In this document: positions 26,144 to 37,200 of the stretch, one piece after another
Position numbering within the stretch: the stretch's first letter is position 1
How the letters are laid out: every line of letters starts with the position of its first letter
Assembly: GCA_030825115.1 (NCBI GenBank)
Contig: JAPJQL010000005.1
Span: 2,068-66,067, forward strand
Direction of reading: 5' to 3'
Source of the DNA: Lachnospiraceae bacterium
GTDB taxonomy: Bacteria; Bacillota; Clostridia; Lachnospirales; Lachnospiraceae
DNA: 64,000 bases
Program-made: the position numbers and the translations under genes
Notes under the pieces: generated by a model
Seen by the model: the letters and a program-made list of their open reading frames with translations, nothing else
What the model was told of the DNA's origin: nothing
The model's database searches: none

Positions 26144-29111
26144 TTGCCTTGGCATATGATGGTAGCCTGAAGTTTGATACGAAAATGAATACGGATGGTT
26201 TTGACGATGGCATTTCCACCCTGCACAGGGCAATCGACCGGCTATCCCTTACCATCGACCGGCTTTCCCGGAGTATTACTGGGGCATTCAAAGACATGGG
26301 TAAATCCACAGAGGCGGTTTCCGTAAAATCTGCAGAAGCGGCAGCTGGGATTGATGGGATTGGGCAAGCTGCAGAGCAGTCAGAGGCAAAGGTGAAAAGC
26401 CTGCAGGAGCAGATGGACGCAATCACTGTACAAACAATGCAGGATGATGTTCCGGGCACCACACAGATGCCCGCCTCAGCACCTGTGGATGTCAAAAGCA
26501 TGCAATATGATGCGAAGGCAATGGAAATGGTCTTTGGAGAGGCTGCTGTGGCGATCAGGAGCTATGCTGATGCAGTAGCCCAATATGGCAATGCTGCAGG
26601 GATGGCGATGAACCAGATGGAGGCCCAGGGAGGGGAGGCAGCGGCGGCCCTGCAGGCGGACGCAGATCAGACTGCAGATACCATCCAGGCGGATGCAGGG
26701 CAGGCGGCCGCTCACATAAACCAGATGAGGGCTGAGCTTGATGCTGCTGATGCCGCCTTAAAGGGGCTGCAGGCTCAGGGATTCTATTTTGGCGATGAGG
26801 AGAATATGACCAGGCATATGTGAAGCTCCAGCGCCTGAGGCAGGCACTGGCAGACTATAAGGCAGCGCTATTAAAGCCGGGTGATAGCGGGGGATATGTT
26901 GGGTTGAAGGATTCTATCCTTAATGCAGTGAGAGGGGTTCCGGCACTTATCAGCCGTGCCTTATCGGGAATACCATCCATTGTCTCAGGAATCTTTTCCA
27001 AGGCGGGAAACGCGGTGAAAGGGTTCGTCAGCTTCCTTGCGGAAGGCGCACAGACAGGGATAAGACGTTTCACTGCCGGGATTACGGGGATAGGGAAGGC
27101 GTCGCAGAAGGCATGTCACCCGATACTGAAGCTGTCAAACATGCTGAAGCTCATGGTCATCCGCATGGCTTTGCGGGGGGTGATCCAAGGGGCGAAGGAG
27201 GGATTCCAGAATCTTGCCAAATACTCCGGCGATGCGAATAAAAGCATGTCAATGCTGATGTCTGCTTTAACAAGGCTTAAGAACAGTTTTGCGTCGGCAT
27301 TTGCCCCGGTATTGAATGCGGTGGCGCCGGCACTAACCACACTCATAAACCTTCTGTCAAAAGCGGCGACGTACATGGCGCAGCTCATATCGGCATTTAC
27401 GGGGAAGGGTACATTTGTGAAGGCAAAGGAGGTGCAGCAGGATTATGCGGCCAGCCTGGAAAGCACTGGCGCTGCGGCGAAAAAGGCTGGGAAGGATGCA
27501 AAAAAGGCGCTTGCCCCTTACGATGAGCTTACGCAGATGCAGAAGGATTCGGCGGACAGTGCGGGAGATGATCTGTCTCCGTCGGATATGTTTGAGACGG
27601 CTGATGTTGAAAGCAGGATTGCAGATTTCGCGAAGCGGGTCAAGGACATGTTTGCGGCAGGTGATTATGAAGGAATCGGTGCGCTGATTGCGGATAAGCT
27701 CAATTCTGGTGTAAAAAAGATTAGTGGGTTCATTGACTGGGATAGCTGCGGGGAACAGATCACGAAGTTCGTGACAGGGTTCACACGGATATTTAATTCG
27801 CTGGTTGATAATTTTGACTGGGATGCATTCGGAAGGATGTTCGGCAAAGGGATCAATACGGTTGTGAATACCCTAGACCTGCTGATTACCGGGATTGACT
27901 GGCAGAACCTTGGGAAGAAAATAGCCGAAGGGTTCAATGGCCTATTTAAGGAAGTTGATTGGGGTAAGCTGGGGCAGCTTATAGGGAATAGGATCATGAT
28001 TATCCCACGCATTGTACTTGGATTTGTCAGGGAGTTTGACTGGTCGGGAGCGGGGCTTGCGCTGGCAGAAGGGGTCAATGGGATAGCGGGCGCAGTTGAC
28101 CCGGCCATACTGGGGCAGGCGCTTTCCGGATTAGTAAAAGGTGCCCTGGATACCATCAACAATTTCCTGGAAAACGTGGACTGGCAGGAGATTGGGAGGA
28201 AGATACAGGCATTCCTGGTGAACATTGACTGGCTTGGGGTCATTTCGGCATTGGCACGTACGATTGGAGGGCTGGCAGGAGCTGTCGCAGGGATGATTGC
28301 GGGTTTATTTGAAGGCATCCCTGATATCATATCAAGGTACTTCAAAGAGAAGATTCAGGAATGCGGAGGAAATGTGGTCCTTGGCTTCTTCAAGGGAATC
28401 CTGGATGCGCTGGATAATGTCGGGAAATGGATTATCGACAATATCATGAAACCGTTCTTGGAAGGGTTCAAGTCTGCTTTCGGCATCCACTCCCCATCTA
28501 CGGTAATGGCGGAAATGGGAAACTTTATTGTAGATGGATTGCTGAACGGTATTGCTGAGAAGGTAAAAGGCGTCATCGACCTCTGCAGTGGATTGGTAGG
28601 AGACATGCAGCAGATTTTCAATAGGCTGATTACGTTCCTTACCGGGGTATTTTCCGGTAACTGGTCACAGGCATGGCAGGGGCTGAAAGACATATTCAAA
28701 GGCACGTTCAGTGGGATCATAACCATTGCTGAACGCGCTCTGAACTACGTCGTGGATAAGCTGAACTCCTTAAGTTTTACTGTCCCGGACTGGGTGCCGG
28801 GGATGGGAGGGAAAAGGTTCTCATTCAACATCCCACGTGTAACACTGCCCCGCCTGGCTGCGGGGACCGTTGTACCGCCGCGGGCTGGAGAGTTTGCAGC
28901 CATCCTTGGGGACAATAACCGGGAAACCGAGGTAGTGTCCCCGGTATCAACCATGAAGCAGGCATTCAAGGAGGCAATCGCCGAGGTGGGAGGTTTTGGT
29001 GGTGGGGATGTGTATGTGTACCTTGAAGGTGATGCGGAAGGCGTATTCCGGCTTGTCAGGGCAGAGCATACGAAATATAAGAAGCAGACAGGGAAGCCTG
29101 CATTCACGTAG
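26140..29111 (+). pseudogene. Tape measure protein split by a frameshift near 26800
   Basis: ORFs 26140-26823 and 26820-29111; removing 2 nt gives continuous GDEEYDQAYVKLQRL; N-terminal YDGSLKFDTK and Trp repeats. Confidence 0.75.
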
Positions 29112-29114
29112 GAG

Positions 29115-29543
29115 GTGGTCAGATTGGCACATGCTTTTGAAGGATGGCTGCTGAAATTCGGCAGCCAGGAGTTCCCATTAAGATACCTTGCCCTTGATAG
29201 CTGTGACAGCACACCGGACCAGAGGACAGAAATAGACTCATACCGTGACGCTGACAACCTCCTGCACCGTGAGACCAGCCCAAATCATAAGACAAAGCTG
29301 GAATACAACACGGTGGACAACCTGACGTTGGAGGATAAAATCATAATACAGCAGGTGATGGAGGCAGGACTGCAGGATATCGTACAAAGAAAATACAGGA
29401 TAACATACTGGAATGATGAGAAAAACGAATATGAGACGGGCGATTTTTATGTGCCTGACATTACGTTCAGGCAGAAACGAGTTGACAGGAAAAGGAATAT
29501 GATCATATATGGCAGCATACGGATTGCCATGATTGAGTATTAA
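29115..29543 (+). CDS. Distal tail (Dit-like) protein
   Basis: Follows tape measure gene; ends IAMIEY. Confidence 0.65.
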   Translation: MVRLAHAFEGWLLKFGSQEFPLRYLALDSCDSTPDQRTEIDSYRDADNLLHRETSPNHKTKLEYNTVDNLTLEDKIIIQQVMEAGLQDIVQRKYRITYWNDEKNEYETGDFYVPDITFRQKRVDRKRNMIIYGSIRIAMIEY

Positions 29544-29555
29544 AGGAGGCAGGAA

Positions 29556-32500
29556 ATGTCATTACCAGAAGGTTATAAACAGATTGAATATGTAGAGAGC
29601 AACGGTACCGGCTCATACTTCAAGACAGGCATCCTGCCTACCGCGGACACAAGGGTGGTCTTCGATGGATATGTAATATCAGGTGACACCGCCCTGTACG
29701 GCAGCCGGTATGCCGCTGGGAACAACCGGTATGCGGTTCAGTACATCGGGACAAACCAATACCGGCTGTCCTACGACACTGTGGAATCACTGGTGCCGGC
29801 AAGTTATACAAAGGGCACCAGATATACATTTGACCAACGTAACAATAAACTGTATATAAACGATCTGCTGGTGGCATCTGTCACGGCCAGCCCCACATAC
29901 CCAAACGCACGGGAGATATATGCAGTAGGTGCGTTGAACACGAACAACGTAGCAACCAACCTTGGTGTAGTACGGATGTATTCTATGCAGATATACCAGA
30001 GCGGTGTGCAAGTAGGGGATTTCGTGCCGGTACAGGACCCGGACGGAACAATAGGGATTTATAACCTAGTGACGGATACTTTCTTCCGGAATGCCGGGAC
30101 TGGGAACGTGGCTGGCGGGGATGTTATAAGAATAGTTACCGGGATTGAGGTGACTACGCTGCCGGATAAGCTTGAGTACCAGTGTGGTGAGGAACTGGAT
30201 CTGACTGGGATGGTGGTTACGGCTACCTATAGCGATGGGGCTATAGGCATCGTGAAGGGGTACGAAGTATCTGGATATGACGCAGCGCTTGTAGGGGAGC
30301 AAACGGTCACTGTCAGATATGGGGCAGCCACCACAGCATTTGTTGTCCGTGTGGCGAAGATTGCGTTCATAGTGACTTTTGTTGACCATGATGGAACTGT
30401 GCTGAGCATTCAGCAAGTAAAAAGTGGAAACGCTGCAACTGCTCCGGAGAATCCATCGAGGATTGGATATCTTTTTACTGGATGGGACCAGGACTTTACT
30501 CATATAACAGGGGACATGACAATCACGGCACAATATAGCACGTGGACATTGGTTAATGGCACATTATCAATATCAGCAGCATTTAACATGAGTGAGTACA
30601 AATATAATACATATCCTTGGTATAGCCAAAAACCAGGGATTAAAAGCATTGTACTGCTTGACGGCGTAACAAACATAGGGGAGGATGCCTTTGAGGGGTG
30701 TGACGCTTTATCAGAAGTGATAATTCCAAGTAGCGTGACAGACATAGGGGCTTATGCGTTTTCGTGGTGTGAGGTTTTAACTAAAATCATAATCCCGAAT
30801 AGTGTAATGAGTATAGGAGATAGCGCATTCCGTGGTTGTTCGGCATTGCCAGAAATAACAATTCCAGAAAGTAGTATTATCGGAATCCAGGCATTTGCTG
30901 ACTGCGCTACCGTAACAGATTTAATCATTCCGGGGATGATTGCCAGCATAGGACGGGAAGCTTTTGCAAGGTGCTCATCTTTGGCTAAAGTGATAATCCA
31001 AAATGGAATAACAACCATAGTAGATTACATGTTTTCAGGCTGTACCTCCTTGGCGGAAATCGTTATCCCGAATAGTGTAACGGACATAGGAGATAGTGCG
31101 TTTAGAAAATGCTCCAGCCTAACAGGCATTGCTATTCCGGACAGTGTAACGAGTATAGGAGATAGCACATTCAGGGCATGCACTGGTCTGACAGGCATCA
31201 ATATTCCAAACAGCATAACGAGGATAAGAGGCAGTGCATTCAGAGAGTGTACCAGCTTGGAAAATATCACTATTTTACGGCGGAATACGGAGATCAGCGA
31301 TTCATCGAATACTATACCTGAAGGTGCAACAATCCATGGATATACAGGGTCTACAGCGGAAAAATACGCTATTAAGTATAATAGGAAGTTCGTGGCGATA
31401 TCCCCAGGCATAGATATGCCTTGTTCAATCGTAATTACTAAATTGCCGAGTAAGCTGGAGTATCTTATTGGGGATTCTATAGATCTGACAGGGATTGAGG
31501 TGACTGCTACTTGGGAGAACGGGGATTCTGGGCTGATTACGGATTATACGGTTTCTGGGTATGATCCTTATCAGGTTGGAGAGCAGACAGTAACAATTGC
31601 ATTAGGAGATGCGGCTGACGTTTTCATAGTATGGGTCAAAGGTGTCGACAGGATAGAATTAATCAGGAATCCAAATAAAACACATTATTTTGTGGGAGAA
31701 AAGTTCGAATATGATGGGATGCAGGTGGTGGCTCATTATACTGATGGGTCATATATATACTGTACGGCCGATGTCGGTGTTGAATTCCGCAACGGAAGCA
31801 TTTCAGAAGCTCCAGCAGCTTTTGGGCATTTTAAAGAGCATACGGTAGAAATACCTGTTCAGGTAAATAAGGCATATATTGGCGACATTATGAAGGAAGA
31901 TGTAGTCCTTACTTATGAATTCGAAACAGATTCGTGCACTATTGACGGACGTGGTGCGTCTGGAAGTATCAGTGACTGCCTGGGGAATTATAAAGAGAAA
32001 GTTAAAAAAACAAGTATCAGTGGGATTAACAGTATCCCTTCTGGCTATCTGAGTACGTTCACAGTGTTGGAAGAAGTGTCCATCACAGCACCGATTGAGG
32101 AGCTGCCATCCGCTGTAATGATGGATTGTGCCAAATTAAAATCAATTGAATTACCGGATAGTTTAAAAACAATAGGCTATAGCTGTTTTTACAACTGTTC
32201 TGCTCTTACTGATATTAAACTGCCAGACAGTGTGGAGAGGATATATAATGCGGCATTTTATATGTCTGGGCTTCAAAAGATCAGCCTCTCTGCAAGTCTA
32301 AGGACAATTGGTACCGGTGCATTCCAGGGATGCAAAGACTTACAAAATATAACGCTGAATGCTGGTCTGGAGGAGATAGGAAGTTCTACTTTTGATGGGT
32401 GTGAAAAGCTACGCGTTCTGATATTTCCTGATTCTGTGACGGAAATAAATTCCTCTATTTATAGCTTGAATGCATTGGATTATGTGAAGTACCCGGCGGG

Positions 32501-34187
32501 GATGACGACGATCAGGGCTCCACACGGGACAAATGCCAAGGCAATCGTGATACCAGAAGGCGTAACAGATATTACATCTGGTGTATTTTCAGGATTTGGC
32601 AGGATTGAAAATGTGTATCTCCCGAATACGCTCAAGACTATAGAAAACAGCTGCTTTGCTGGATGTAGCTCACTAAAAAGTATTTCTATCCCAGAGGGCG
32701 TAGAAACTGTGTGGCATGGTGCATTCCAAGATTGTGGAATCGAAGAAATATATTTTTATGGGAGAAATACGGTTGTTAGCTACGATGCCTATATCCCGTC
32801 AGGAACGGTAATACATGGGTATCGTGGGACCTCTGCAGAGGCGTATTGTAAACAATTCGGTAATATATTTGTGCCATTTGATGATTACGAGTTCACGGAG
32901 GATGTAAAGAATCTTTACGATACGGACAGTATTCGGAAGCGGATCGTTGTCCATTTCCCAAACGGAGAGACCAGGGACATTGAAAACGACAGGATTTACT
33001 TTGAAAGCATGTCTTTGACTGAAAGTATTTGTGACGAAGAAAATCTGATATTTGGCGGATGCAACGCAAGTAAATTCGAGATTCAGGTAGCTGATGTGGA
33101 AGAAGACATACGTGGACTGGAAATTGAAGTGAAGCAGTACATTGAAGATAAATATGTGCCATTGTTTATGGGCGTGATTGACAGCGCAGACCGGCAGGAC
33201 AACCGCAGGTTTAAGAAGATAACGGCATACGATCGTATGTATACAGTTGGGGCACAGGATGTCACAGACTGGTTGAGGACGATCAAAATCCCTATAAGCA
33301 TCATGGAATTACGGAACAAAATATGCGAAAAACTGGGGTTCATCCAAACATCCACAGCGCTTGTCAATGATTATATCATTATCAGCAAGATGAGCATTAA
33401 GGATGGGGTTACAGCCAGAGATGTGCTTCGGGCAATCTGTGAGATCAATGGGGTGTTCGGGTACATAACACGTATGGGATATTTTGATTATGTCAGTCTA
33501 AAAACAACTGAGCAGCCATTTTCCGTTACTGGATATCGCAAAGTCAGGTACGAGGAATATACTGTGCGCGGGATAGAATCTTTAAGCGTGCGGGGAAGCA
33601 GCGGTGCTACTATACTGACTATAGGGACAGGTAACAGGTATGTGCTGCGCGACAATTTCCTGGTATACGGGATAGTGGGGGATGCACTGCAGGAGGCTGC
33701 TAAGAATCTCCTGCAAAAGATAAAGGGCATTACTTACCGGGATTTTTCAGGCGTTGGAAGGGGGCTGCCCTATATTTTTCTTGGACGTCATATACAGTAT
33801 GCCGTAAATACGAATTCTGTAGGCAAGTCAGCAGAAGTGGTCGATTCCTACGTGCTGAAGCGGACATTATCCGGTGTGCAGGCGTTAAAAGACACTTATT
33901 CGGCATCAGGTGAGGAATTCCAGCCAGATGTCCCGGCAGATGCTTCCACCTCTGAAACGGCGCGTCAGTTGGAAGATTATGTAGCATTGGATGATTTCGA
34001 AGCCGAGCTCAGCACAAGATTTGAGGAGTTCATACAGGGAGATCAGTATCAGGCCAATATTGAACAGGCGGTTCAGAATGTACTACGGAACGGAGGGTAC
34101 TTTAAAATCATATCAGTACCTAGTTTGCCTCCGAGTCCTGCGGCAGATACGGTATACTTAATCCAAGGGGAGGTGACAGTAAGCTGA
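29556..34187 (+). CDS. Tail-tip protein with N-terminal lectin-like, Ig-like, InlB-B-like and BspA LRR domains
   Basis: Repeats IPxSVTxIGxxAFxxCxxL; three LPxKLEY..G..DLTG-type Ig units; phage tail domain from about 32890. Confidence 0.85.
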   Translation: MSLPEGYKQIEYVESNGTGSYFKTGILPTADTRVVFDGYVISGDTALYGSRYAAGNNRYAVQYIGTNQYRLSYDTVESLVPASYTKGTRYTFDQRNNKLYINDLLVASVTASPTYPNAREIYAVGALNTNNVATNLGVVRMYSMQIYQSGVQVGDFVPVQDPDGTIGIYNLVTDTFFRNAGTGNVAGGDVIRIVTGIEVTTLPDKLEYQCGEELDLTGMVVTATYSDGAIGIVKGYEVSGYDAALVGEQTVTVRYGAATTAFVVRVAKIAFIVTFVDHDGTVLSIQQVKSGNAATAPENPSRIGYLFTGWDQDFTHITGDMTITAQYSTWTLVNGTLSISAAFNMSEYKYNTYPWYSQKPGIKSIVLLDGVTNIGEDAFEGCDALSEVIIPSSVTDIGAYAFSWCEVLTKIIIPNSVMSIGDSAFRGCSALPEITIPESSIIGIQAFADCATVTDLIIPGMIASIGREAFARCSSLAKVIIQNGITTIVDYMFSGCTSLAEIVIPNSVTDIGDSAFRKCSSLTGIAIPDSVTSIGDSTFRACTGLTGINIPNSITRIRGSAFRECTSLENITILRRNTEISDSSNTIPEGATIHGYTGSTAEKYAIKYNRKFVAISPGIDMPCSIVITKLPSKLEYLIGDSIDLTGIEVTATWENGDSGLITDYTVSGYDPYQVGEQTVTIALGDAADVFIVWVKGVDRIELIRNPNKTHYFVGEKFEYDGMQVVAHYTDGSYIYCTADVGVEFRNGSISEAPAAFGHFKEHTVEIPVQVNKAYIGDIMKEDVVLTYEFETDSCTIDGRGASGSISDCLGNYKEKVKKTSISGINSIPSGYLSTFTVLEEVSITAPIEELPSAVMMDCAKLKSIELPDSLKTIGYSCFYNCSALTDIKLPDSVERIYNAAFYMSGLQKISLSASLRTIGTGAFQGCKDLQNITLNAGLEEIGSSTFDGCEKLRVLIFPDSVTEINSSIYSLNALDYVKYPAGMTTIRAPHGTNAKAIVIPEGVTDITSGVFSGFGRIENVYLPNTLKTIENSCFAGCSSLKSISIPEGVETVWHGAFQDCGIEEIYFYGRNTVVSYDAYIPSGTVIHGYRGTSAEAYCKQFGNIFVPFDDYEFTEDVKNLYDTDSIRKRIVVHFPNGETRDIENDRIYFESMSLTESICDEENLIFGGCNASKFEIQVADVEEDIRGLEIEVKQYIEDKYVPLFMGVIDSADRQDNRRFKKITAYDRMYTVGAQDVTDWLRTIKIPISIMELRNKICEKLGFIQTSTALVNDYIIISKMSIKDGVTARDVLRAICEINGVFGYITRMGYFDYVSLKTTEQPFSVTGYRKVRYEEYTVRGIESLSVRGSSGATILTIGTGNRYVLRDNFLVYGIVGDALQEAAKNLLQKIKGITYRDFSGVGRGLPYIFLGRHIQYAVNTNSVGKSAEVVDSYVLKRTLSGVQALKDTYSASGEEFQPDVPADASTSETARQLEDYVALDDFEAELSTRFEEFIQGDQYQANIEQAVQNVLRNGGYFKIISVPSLPPSPAADTVYLIQGEVTVS

Positions 34188-35218
34188 TGGGTAAGCAGAG
34201 CAGCAGGATATATTTTGACGGGGCAGACCATAAAGACATTTATTTCCAGGGGAAATGCCATGACAAGATGTATATTGGGAGCGAACTGGTGTGGGAGAAG
34301 AAACGGGGGGAAGACATTCCGGCATGGACCGGGGGATGGAATTCTTATTATCCGCCCTCCTCTGACCCAACAATCCGAAAAATGACGAAGCGGTCCCAAA
34401 TACCTAGCTATGGGTATGTCTATCACCGTAATGGAGAGGCTAAGTCGGCATATGTTGTGTCATGCGCTCGAGATGGGAGGTTTATTACAAGAGAGATTAC
34501 AGGCATACAGTGGTACTATGGGGGACCATTCGATGTTTTCCGTGCCAGGTCTGAGCCGGCACCATCGCTTATGAGTAGTATACGTACTGATAAAAGTTAT
34601 AATCTTGTGTTTTTTTTAAGTGCAGAAGAGCAAACAAGGTGGATCACGGTACTTGATGGTGATTATGGGCTGGAAACAATGCTGAACGAACATTTGGGCT
34701 ATGCGATTTTACCTGGAGATGGAAAAATGTGTCGGATTTCGTTAAATAGTCAAATCAGAGAAGTGTATGAAACGGATTTTGTAAGCGCCGAGACTCGTAT
34801 AACGTCAAGTTATAATGATGAACATGGGACATTATTTACGGTTTCAGACGGTAATCTATACTTTACAGAGGACGGACTGAATTGGCAACATGTGGGCAGC
34901 GGGTTTGTCGATGAAATTGATCGCTGTACTGCGTGGCATAATGGCAAGTACTTAATCGTAAGGGGGTCAGATAAAGCTTTAGTCGACACGTCAGGATTTC
35001 ACTACCGAACCCGTCCAGAACAGATTGAATTTTTATTTACGATGGATGGTTATTTCTATATCTCATATAAAGATGGTGTCTTACAGCGAACAATGGACTT
35101 GATACATTATGAATCACTCTATGTAGGAAAATCTGTATTTGGGGCTCGTGGTGGAACTTTTTTAGCACCAGGTGTTTCCGGCGGCGCAATAATGTATTAT
35201 GCAAGAATTAATTTCTAA
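34187..35218 (+). CDS. Putative tail fibre / receptor-binding protein
   Basis: Last tail gene; YIGSELVWEK N-terminal motif; AT-richer C-terminus. Confidence 0.55.
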   Translation: MGKQSSRIYFDGADHKDIYFQGKCHDKMYIGSELVWEKKRGEDIPAWTGGWNSYYPPSSDPTIRKMTKRSQIPSYGYVYHRNGEAKSAYVVSCARDGRFITREITGIQWYYGGPFDVFRARSEPAPSLMSSIRTDKSYNLVFFLSAEEQTRWITVLDGDYGLETMLNEHLGYAILPGDGKMCRISLNSQIREVYETDFVSAETRITSSYNDEHGTLFTVSDGNLYFTEDGLNWQHVGSGFVDEIDRCTAWHNGKYLIVRGSDKALVDTSGFHYRTRPEQIEFLFTMDGYFYISYKDGVLQRTMDLIHYESLYVGKSVFGARGGTFLAPGVSGGAIMYYARINF

Positions 35219-35237
35219 AACAAGAAAGGTGAGGGAA

Positions 35238-35699
35238 ATGAAGATGAGATTTGTGGACAAGTACAATACGATGGCAGGAGCTGCGGTGGCAGTACTCACT
35301 GCGCTGCTGGGGGTATACTGGTATGTCTTCGTGGGGTATCTGCTGCTGAACATCCTTGACTGGGGCACAGGCTGGTATAAAGCGAGGAAAAAGAAAGAAG
35401 AGTCCAGCTATATAGGGTTGCGGGGCATTATAAAGAAAGTAGGCTACTGGGTGATCATCCTGGTAGCCTTTTTGATGCCCGATCTGCTTATTGGTCTGGG
35501 TAAGGATGTCCTTGGCATTAATCTGGACTTCCTGATGCTGTTCGGCTGGTTTACGCTGACCTGCCTGCTGGTGAACGAAATCCGGAGTATTTTAGAGAAT
35601 CTGGTGGAGTGCGGGTACAATGTTCCGGTGTTTCTGATCCGGGGGCTTGCAGTTACGGAAAAGCTGCTTGAGGCACAGACAGATAGTAAAACAGAATAA
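35238..35699 (+). CDS. Phage holin (holin_4 family)
   Basis: TM helices; GIIKK and NEIRSILENL motifs. Confidence 0.88.
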   Translation: MKMRFVDKYNTMAGAAVAVLTALLGVYWYVFVGYLLLNILDWGTGWYKARKKKEESSYIGLRGIIKKVGYWVIILVAFLMPDLLIGLGKDVLGINLDFLMLFGWFTLTCLLVNEIRSILENLVECGYNVPVFLIRGLAVTEKLLEAQTDSKTE

Positions 35700-35769
35700 T
35701 TGCGATATCGCAACCGTTGTAACGCAACAACTTTTTGGGGGCAGCCTTCTGGGGCTGCCTTTTTGACGA

Positions 35770-36543
35770 ATGGAGAACAAGATGGTAAAGATTGGACATG
35801 CAAGTAGTGATGAGAGAGGAAAATATAGCGGTGGCAAGGCGGGAGACCAGACGGGGAGGGAAGTATGCATCCGGGACTGGTATGATCGCCCGTGGAATAA
35901 AGTGTTGCGCCCGAAGCGTCCCGAGGTGGCAAACAGGAGCGTCAGGGAATGCCGGGATGCCTGCAACAATGAAAATATTGGCTACGACCAGAACCAGCGC
36001 ACTACGCTGTACACGCAGGCAAAAGCTTGTGGCTGGGTGATTGCAGCGATTACAGTGCCATGTGAGTGCGACTGCAGCTCCCTGATGGCGGTCTGTGCCA
36101 TTGCGGCCGGCGTAAACGTAAGCAAAGACATCTACACTGGCAATATGGTCAAGGCGCTTGCGGCAACGGGAGAATATGAGGTTCTGACCGAAGGCAAGTA
36201 TCTGGCCAGCGATGCCTATCTGATGCCGGGGGATATCCTTGTCTATGAGGGACATCACACTGCTATGGCGCTCCAGTATGGTTCCAAGGCGCGGTTCCGT
36301 ACCGGATGGAACTACGACATGTATGGCTGGTGGTACGCGACGACAGAGACAGCGTATTATAAATCCTGCTGGGGCAACATCAACGGTCACAGGTACTATT
36401 TTAACCCTGACGGGTACGCGGTCACGAACTGGCAGGAAATCGGTGGAAGATGGTACTATTTTGAGCCGAGGGCAGGGCATGAGTTAGAGTGCGCGCTGTA
36501 CAGGACCGATGCTGACGGGGCGCAGGCGCCGGGAGTGTTTTAG
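35770..36543 (+). CDS. Endolysin: NlpC/P60-like catalytic domain plus cell-wall-binding repeats
   Basis: CDCSSL...GDIL...HT; GWxxIxGRWYYF repeats. Confidence 0.85.
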   Translation: MENKMVKIGHASSDERGKYSGGKAGDQTGREVCIRDWYDRPWNKVLRPKRPEVANRSVRECRDACNNENIGYDQNQRTTLYTQAKACGWVIAAITVPCECDCSSLMAVCAIAAGVNVSKDIYTGNMVKALAATGEYEVLTEGKYLASDAYLMPGDILVYEGHHTAMALQYGSKARFRTGWNYDMYGWWYATTETAYYKSCWGNINGHRYYFNPDGYAVTNWQEIGGRWYYFEPRAGHELECALYRTDADGAQAPGVF

Positions 36544-36566
36544 GCAATAAAAGGGGCGGCAGAGAA

Positions 36567-36782
36567 TCATTCCTTGCCGCCTGTATCTTTATAATGCGTG
36601 GCGATATCTTCGATATTACAGCCCAGAATATCGCACAGGGTGTCAATCGTGTTCATGTTTACTCCCTGGTTGTTTTTTAACCGGTGGAGCAGGGACTTGC
36701 TGATGTTGTAGTCCTTGTTCAACGTATATTTCGATATATTCTTTTCCTTCATGGTTTCCCAGAGCTTATCATATTTAATCAT
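36567..36782 (-). CDS. Cro/C1-type HTH regulator
   Basis: IKYDKLW...TIDTLCDILGCNIEDI. Confidence 0.85.
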   Translation of the reverse strand: MIKYDKLWETMKEKNISKYTLNKDYNISKSLLHRLKNNQGVNMNTIDTLCDILGCNIEDIATHYKDTGGKE

Positions 36783-36914
36783 TGATATCCACCTTTGGCT
36801 TATAATGATTTAATTATAAAGGCAGAATAAGTATAGCCATAGGTTCTATTTTGAGACCTGTTAGTGTGTATCTAAAATGATTGTGATAAACATTATAATA
36901 AGAAAAAATCAAAA

Positions 36915-36938
36915 TTCGTGTTGCATTTCGTGTTGCAT
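36915..36938. repeat. Tandem 12-bp repeat, candidate integrase arm site
   Basis: TTCGTGTTGCAT twice, about 125 bp from the att core. Confidence 0.6.
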
Positions 36939-37060
36939 AGCGATTGAAAACTTACTTTTATTGTCATATTTATGCTGTTATACTGGAAAATATTAGTACA
37001 TAAAACAACGTATTTACAAGGAATAACGTATATTCAAGCATTTATCAAATCATTTATTCT

Positions 37061-37083
37061 GGTTCAAGTCCTGTTACCCGCAC
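37061..37083 (+). other. att core: duplicated tRNA 3' fragment (T-arm and acceptor strand; possibly tRNA-Leu)
   Basis: GGTTCAAGTCCTGTTACCCGCAC with no tRNA 5' half upstream. Confidence 0.75.
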
Positions 37084-37168
37084 TCAATGGCGCGAAGCCG
37101 AACCCGGTGTACTTTTTCAAGAAAGTGTTCGCCGTGGTGGTAAACTTCACGCGGAAATAGCGAAAAAT

Positions 37169-37200
37169 AAAAGCGTCAGGGCTTAGGCTCTGGCGCTTTT
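37169..37200. terminator. Bidirectional terminator
   Basis: AAAAGCGTCAGGGC...GCTCTGGCGCTTTT. Confidence 0.7.

Larger units (their letters stand above)
1..37083 (+). mobile_element. Prophage 1 (temperate siphovirus); integrase end lies outside the window
   Basis: Ordered lysogeny, replication, packaging, head, tail and lysis modules ending at a tRNA 3' fragment. Confidence 0.93.

Noticed and set aside
34187..35218. Second DGR target in prophage 1
   Set aside because: No similarity to the TR seen by eye here or elsewhere in the window; a local alignment of TR against the genome would settle it
3126..36480. Many long minus-strand ORFs overlapping prophage 1 genes (likewise plus-strand ORFs in prophage 2)
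   Set aside because: Antisense shadows of real genes, without RBS or recognisable motifs
37061..37083. Intact tRNA gene
   Set aside because: Only the T-arm and 3' acceptor strand are present; treated as an att core
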